From Octopus vulgaris (Eukaryota): a stretch of DNA of 64,000 bases. The notes under the pieces were generated by a model. It was not told the DNA's origin, made no database searches, and was given only the letters and a program-made list of their open reading frames with translations. The translations under genes and the position numbers were made by a program. The DNA lies in contig OX597820.1 in assembly GCA_951406725.2 (NCBI GenBank), positions 108,004,001-108,068,000 of the forward strand, in the 5' to 3' direction. This document shows positions 57,347 through 64,000 of this stretch, piece after piece (within the stretch, counting starts at the first letter, position 1; every line of letters begins with the position of its first letter).

Positions 57347-59646
57347 GCAGGCGTGGTTGTGTGGTAAGAAGTTTGCTTCCCAATCACTTGGTCCCAGATT
57401 CAGTCCCACTTTGTACCATTTTGGGCAAGTGTCTTCTGCTATAGCCTCGGGCCAACCAAAGCCTTGTAAGTGGATTTGGTAGACAGAAACTGAAAGAAGC
57501 CTGTTGTTTACATATGTATACTAGCAGAGATGCTCAGCATAGCTCAGGGTTAATAATGACATAGTTTGTATAATATATTGCAGTTATGTTGAAACAGGTG
57601 ATACAGTACAAGTATATATATACTGCATTGACGACAACATTTGTGGAGTAAATTTTTAAAACTTTGCATAAACAACAATTTGAGATTACCACACCAATTT
57701 GGACAAAATTATCATTTTTATAAGGATGGGATGGATCATATCTGAAAGCGGCTCCAAGCGTTGTGTAGAACTGGCGAGACCTTATTCAAAATAGTGCTGG
57801 CTTCTTGTACCTCACAACAAGCTATTCTATTGGACCTCTGTGTAATCTGGCGTGCTAGACGTTGTTTTAATGATTCAGCATAAAATGCTGCAGCATGCCT
57901 TTGCTGATCTTGAGAAAGTCTCCTCTCTCTCTTTTCTCTTGAGACTCCATCAGATGAGCTGCAGCATGCCTTTGCCGATGTTGAGAAAGTCTCCTCTCCC
58001 TTTTCTCTTGAGACTGTACTTGACGTGCTGCAGCATACATTTGGTGATCTTTGGAAAGTGTCCCTTCTGTATTGAGACTCCATCTAACATGCTGCAGCAT
58101 GCCATTGCTGATATTAAGAAAGTCTCATGTCCCTTATCTCTTGAGACTCTTGCCTTTGGTTTTGTGCACTTCCCCTTGCTTTATAGATGTATCTGGAGAG
58201 ATAAACCAAAAATTATGAACATAGTAAAAAATATACATTAATCTCTATTTTTGTAAACAGTTGTATGTAGTATGTCTGTATTTTTGTATGCAGTGTAAAT
58301 TAACCAAATATAAGCAAATTGTAACTACCTTGCAACTTTGAAATTGCTGTAATAATTATGAACTGTTAATTGAATGGCAGATGTGTATTTTGATATACCT
58401 TGGGCCTGCCACCTAATTGTTTTTTGTCAAGAGTTTCATCTCCAGATGTTCTCGTCACATATGTATATGTATGTGTAGATGTATGTGTATTTTTACGTAA
58501 CAAATACACAGACACACACACATACAAAATGTGACAACGCACACATACACCCTCACATACAGTCACATACATATAGTAAGAGAGACACAAAAAGACATAC
58601 ATTCATGCGTGTCAGTCGTCACATGTTTATACGTATGTGTAGACGTGTGTTTAATAACATACCTAATATGGAAACACATAGTCAGAGTGACATACACACT
58701 CATACACCCACACGCATACACACTCCTATACAAATGGCACTTTCAAGAGAAATTCATTTTAGTGGTAATGACTAAACCCCTTGTTTCATTATCACAATTA
58801 CAAAGCATTTATCTTTACTTTAAAAAAAAAGTGTTTGCTTCTATCAGAATTGTTTACCTTTAAAGCGAAAAAACAAAATCGACGAATTCTTTCTCTGTTC
58901 ATTCGCATAAGCTGTAGAAGTCATTGCGGACGCACGCACACAAACACAGAAATTTTCCAGACATTTAGCTTTTATTTTTAGCAGTTCATTTTCAGTTTTA
59001 GATAATGGGATGAGGTGATGAGGGGTGTATGGATCAATTTTGGAGTTCTTCATTGAAAATTTGGAATTAAAAATTGTTTTTTTTTTTCATATTCTTAATC
59101 TCCATATTTTTCCATGTAGATTGGAAAAAAAAAATTGGAAAAAGTTAGAAATTTAGAATTTGGTGGGTGAATTTAAAATTTTAAAAACATGGTTTTTTGC
59201 ATATTTGGAATTTCTGTCATTGAAAACAGGAACCTACTGAAAAAATTAAAATCAAAAGGGTCGGGAGGGTGCACAGCCCTCCCTATATGAGCAAGGGCAA
59301 AAATTTGACATCCCTAAAACTTTTGCCAAGTAATGGAAAACCATCACGTCAAATTTGGTACAGATTGATCCAGCAGTTTGGCTGTGCATAGAGAAAACAC
59401 ACAGTGAATTTTATAGATATAGATATGTATGTATGTATTTGTGTGTCTGTATTTGTCCACCACTGTCGCTTGACAACTGATGTTGGCATGTTTATATCCC
59501 TGTAACTTAAGGGTTCAGCAAAAGAGACTGATAGAATAAGTACTAGGCTCACAAAGAATAAGTCCTGGGGTTGATTTTTTTCAACTAAAGGTACTCCAGT
59601 ATGGCCACAATCAAATGCCTGAAACAAGTAAAAGAATAAAAGAATA
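57347..59646 (+). mobile_element. tRNA-SINE split by a Helitron (5' half 57347-57520, 3' half 59424-59646)
   Basis: Both halves match 22303-22744 in order and orientation. Confidence 0.8.
57521..59423 (-). mobile_element. Internally deleted Helitron
   Basis: The minus strand starts TCtatatctataaa and ends in a hairpin plus CTAG at an A|T site. Four ~64-71-bp repeats at 57885-58150 encode ESQEKRERRL-type repeats like RepHel N-termini. Confidence 0.75.
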
Positions 59647-59988
59647 CATATCATCATTATTATCATCTTCATCGTCATCATCATCATCCTTTAATGTTGG
59701 CATGGGTTGAATGGTTTGACTGGAACTGGCAAGCTGGTGAGCTGTACCAAGTTCCAGTCTGATTTTGGCTCAGTTTCTACGGCTGGATGCCCTTCCTAAT
59801 GTCAACTACCTTACAGTGTGTGTTAGATACTTTTAATGTAGCACTCCATAAGTACTTTTATGTGGCACCAGCACAGGACTCTTGCAGGCCAATCATCCTC
59901 ACCTGGGGGGAGCAGGCTTAACACTTCTGCTGTGTAGGACAGGTCTTCTAGAGTACAGCAAGGCACCAGATATCTCAGTTCTTCATCA

Positions 59989-61828
59989 TCTATATATATA
60001 TATAAATGGCAAAATGTCTGTGTGTGTGTGTGTCCTTTATACAAATCAACACTTTTTCAGTTAGAGGGCTCGCACTTTCTATAGTCATTCAAAATCATCC
60101 AAGGGTGATCGTTCACATCTTTACATTTCCCCAGTCACCCCGCAAAGCCATTAAAAAATCAATAAAAGTGACTTTTTTGTGAATTTTCTATCCAAAACCT
60201 AATAAAAATGCCTGAAACTTGATACGCCAATTGAATGCCAGCTAGCTGTATGTGATTAGTCGGAGATTTGGACAGTACTCTTGTGTATGTGTGTATGCAC
60301 GCAGCTGCATATGCATGCATGACTCAATGCACAAACAAAGAGGCCAGTTTATGAACACGTGAGAAATAATTAACGAATACGGCTAAGTAAATGCCAAGAA
60401 AAAGCGGGATTTTCTTGAAAGGCCAAAATATGCTTGCTATGCCATCATTCTTGAAGTATGCCATAAGGGAGTTGGAGCCTATTTAATAACTCTTCTTAAG
60501 AAGCGCTTTCAATTGATTAAAATTATCCAGCGAGTTGAACCCTTAAGGGATTTTTTGAAACGTTTCTTTGCTTGCATAAATCTAGCGGCTTCATTTAGCT
60601 ACAGATCGAATCATTTGATATCTACATAGCTGATACTTAGGATTATCAGGTTGATCTTTTCGGTGAAGAATTCCTAAGCTGGTTCGAATTGACTAAAATT
60701 GTCAATCAATCAGTAGCACAACAATTAATCTAACGAGGTGATGGAAAAAGTCTCAACATTTATGCTCCCATCTAATAACCTGTGCATTAAACGCCTCACA
60801 AAGCTTTTTCCCGCGTATTCTCGTGTAGGCACTTAGTCATCACGTGTATGTATGCACGTGCATGCTCCTGAGGATGACCTTGGATGTGTGCATGCGTGCA
60901 TGCATGCTTGTATGTGTGCGTACATGCGTGTACTGGCCATGACAATGCAACGCTGCTGAGGCCATGTATAACCGTTCAACTTTGAATGCGTGGCCTAGAA
61001 CATTACCCAATCAGATTCAATGCACTGATTAAAAGTGAGGATTTATGTTTTGGTGCCCAGACTCCAACGCTTTTCACAATCACGCTTTGAGGTTCGGTTA
61101 TCGTTACTGACCACAAGTTCTCTGTTCATTCATAACGCTACACTATACTTATCAGTTTTATTTGGGTTGCCCGGTCATATTTTTGCCAGGCAACTCATTA
61201 ATTAACACTGCTGCATTTTGTTTCCCCTTTTGCGTAAAATAACCATTTTGTGTTTGAAATCAGTACATGCTTTGAGTATTGCTTAAATCGGTTTTCATTA
61301 TTGTTTTGAGTATTTTTTAACATATTTTTTTTAAGATAAAACATTTTTTTGTTTGATACCACTTTTTGATTACTGTGTTTTGACAGCCAATTTTTCTCCT
61401 GTTTTTAACTACCCTTTGTTTGCCAGTCGGTTCTCATTTTTGCCATTATCATTTTGTTGTGTAATTCAGTAAACCTAAAAAAGTGTGGTAACGTTTGTTG
61501 GGAATTAGTTACCTCAGTTCACATAACCAAACCCATTTCCGGTTCACCTACATTTTGTTGATTAACCAAAATGCTCCCAAAGAAGAGACCTTGCATTGGG
61601 AGAAGGACAGCTGATTCAGAGGCTAAGAGGGCCAGAAGTGCCAATGAAGAGCCCCAAGACAGATTTATTCGATTAGCTTGGAATGCTGCTGCCACGGCCA
61701 CCGCAAGGGCTGCTGAAACTCCAGAACAAACACTGGCCCGCCATTCTCAGAATGCTGCTGCCACTGCGACCTGGCACTGAACAACAAGCCCTAGCACTAG
61801 ACCTGGCAATGCCAGGTCATAGTGCCAG
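59989..61828 (+). mobile_element. Internally deleted Helitron inserted in an old RTE fragment
   Basis: 5' TCtatatatatataaa; 3' hairpin gacctggca-a-tgccaggtc (61800-61818) then CCAG. ORF 61571-61780 (MLPKKRPCIGRRT...AAETPEQ) resembles a RepHel N-terminus. The empty site is preserved at 61920-62020. Confidence 0.85.
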
Positions 61829-62624
61829 TCTCATCTAAAATGCTCAGCATCCTTCAGTACTTCATCCCATCTACGTATATATATATGCATTATGTGCATA
61901 TACATACATATATATATATGTAGGTGGGATGAAGTACTGAAAGATGCTGAGCATTTTAGATGAGATGATGAAGAACTGAGATATCTGGTGCCTTGCTGTA
62001 CTCTAGAAGACCTGTCCTACCTGTCATTCAATATGTGACTGCTTGTGTGTCATTGGCGATTTTTTCCTCTGTCTTCCCTTCCTTGGATTTTCCTTTTTCT
62101 ATGTTTCTGACCTCCGCTCAAAACGTTAAATCCTCCTTCTTTCTTTCCTTTCCTAAGTATCCAATAACACTATACTTGTTCCACATCCTTGCGTTGTGTT
62201 TTCTCTTTGTGTTTTCATGTTTGGATTACCTATTTATATATATATATATATATACATCTGTCCTGTTCTTATTAACACTTTCACCCTCTGCAAAAAATCC
62301 CAAATTTTATTTAATTTGCTATGCGGGAAGGACTTTTTTCAGTGAAGTCGCGTATTGTCCTTGCCTTCGAGACGTGGAGTAGATGAAACAGGGACAACTA
62401 ACTGATGAAGGGGAATATTCTTTATGTTGCATATCTCATTTCTCTGTTTGTTTTTTTGTTGTTTGGCAAAAAGTTCGTTTTGCATGTTTTTGTTTTTATG
62501 TTTTCATTTCTCATTGTGTTCAACAATTTTTCATGTCCTGTACCCATATATGCATGTATATATACATATATATGTAGGTATGTACATATATGTATGTAAA
62601 TATGCATACATATATATTATTTAT

Positions 62625-62962
62625 ATTGCTTGGAATCTCGTTGAGAGAGCACATCAGTAGCAACGTCATCAGAGAAAAGTCCAGCATGAGGTATGTCATC
62701 GTAGAATATACACGCAGCAAGTTTAGATGGGCTGGACACGTCACCTGGCTCACCAATAATCGGTGGACCCGTGCAGTGTCAAGTGGTACCTGCGTGAGCA
62801 GAAACGACCACTCGGAAGACCTCCACCATGGTGGAGTTACAATTTCAGGAGGTCGATTGGGATCACGTGGATGAGGAAGGTGCACTCCAGAGAGGAGTGG
62901 ACAGCATGTTGTGACAAGCAGTGTCAAATAGACGCCCGATGGACTGGTCAGTCGAGGTGATC
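62625..62962 (+). mobile_element. 3' fragment of a different RTE-type LINE
   Basis: KFRWAGHV...NNRWT, then KRPLGRPP..W in an adjacent frame. Confidence 0.7.
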
Positions 62963-62974
62963 ATATATATATTT

Positions 62975-63746
62975 ATCATCATCGTCATCATTTAACGTCC
63001 ACTTTCCATGCTGGCATGGATTGGACGATTTGACTGAGGTCTGGCGAACCAGATGGCTGCACCAGGCTCCAATCTGATCTGGCAGAATTTCTACAACTGG
63101 ATGCCCTTCCTAATACCAACCACTCCGAGAGTGTATTGGCTGCTTTTATGTACCACTGGCACGAGGGCCAGTCAGGCGGTACTGGCAGCAACCATGCTCA
63201 AATGGTGTTTTTATGTGCCACCTACACATGAGCCAGTCTAGCAGCACTGGCAACGACCTCGCTCGAATGTTTTTTCATGTGCCACCAGCACAAGTGCCAG
63301 TAAGGCAACATTGGTAATGATCACACTCGAATGGTGATTTTTACGTGCCACTGGCATAGAAGCCAGTCAGCTGCTCTGGCATCGATCATGCTCAGATGGT
63401 GCTCTTAGCGCTCCACTAGCACGAGATGCCAGTCATCGAATTTGATTTCGATTTCACTTGCCTCAACAGGTCTTCACAAGCAGAGTTTAGTGTCCAAGAA
63501 GGAAAGGTACACATAAGTGGGCTGGTTACACCCCTGGCATAGGCCACGGGTTATGGTCTCACTTGGCTTGCCGGGTCTTCTCACGCACAGCATATTTCCA
63601 AAGGTCTCAGTCACTAGTCATTGCCTTGGTGAGGCCCAATATTCGAAGGTCATGCTTCACCACCTCATCCCAGGTCTTCCCGGGTCTACTTCTTCCACAG
63701 GTTCTCTCAACTGCTAGGGTGTGGCACTTTTTTACACAGCTATCCT
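62975..63746 (-). mobile_element. 5'-truncated RTE (3' UTR), same subfamily as 51849-55445
   Basis: Near-collinear with 51849-52550. Confidence 0.9.
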
Positions 63747-64000
63747 CATATAAATATATGTGTGTGTGTGTTGTTTATAATTGCATATATATAGAAATAT
63801 ATGTATAAAAACAGCTATATGCTAATGAAGTTCATGATGTAATTTCTTATTCCTTATATATATACATATATATTTATATATACATGTTCGTATGTTTAAT
63901 AAAATTTTCAGGATCCAATAGAATCATGGTACGCTTTTGTCCTTCCAGTTATACATGTATTCACAAGTATCGATGAAATTCACAATATATACATAAAGTT

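Noticed and set aside
62402-62430. CTGATGA followed by a short hairpin
   Set aside because: No GAAA/stem III follows. Nearby 62103-62130 (tttctgac..ctccgctcaaaacgttaaa) could be a deleted HHR but cannot be supported from this window.

Overview
Eukaryotic, AT-rich, repeat-dominated genomic DNA. The SINE/RTE repertoire looks most like an octopus (cephalopod) genome, which is an inference. Only one host coding exon is recognisable: the first coding exon of a zyg-11/ZYG11B-family gene (minus, 40340-41190), with a probable 5'UTR exon and CpG-rich promoter near 47.8-48.0 kb. Positions ~230-34600 are a nest of retroelements inserted into (TA)n microsatellite: RTE LINEs, CR1/L2-group LINEs, two Penelope-like elements (PLEs), tRNA-SINEs and a Helitron. 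The many Y/I-rich ORFs in the track are translation artefacts of (TA)n. The most striking unannotated signal is about a dozen type-I hammerhead ribozyme (HHR) motifs, most with palindromic stem-III loops. They sit in PLE pseudo-LTRs, in fold-back (palindromic) non-coding insertions, and in two related non-coding ~320-350 bp tandem/inverted elements (23321-24163; 42952-43828 with a 13-bp TSD). These two elements look like retrozymes reverse-transcribed from circular or multimeric RNA. All RNA structures were read by eye and are untested.
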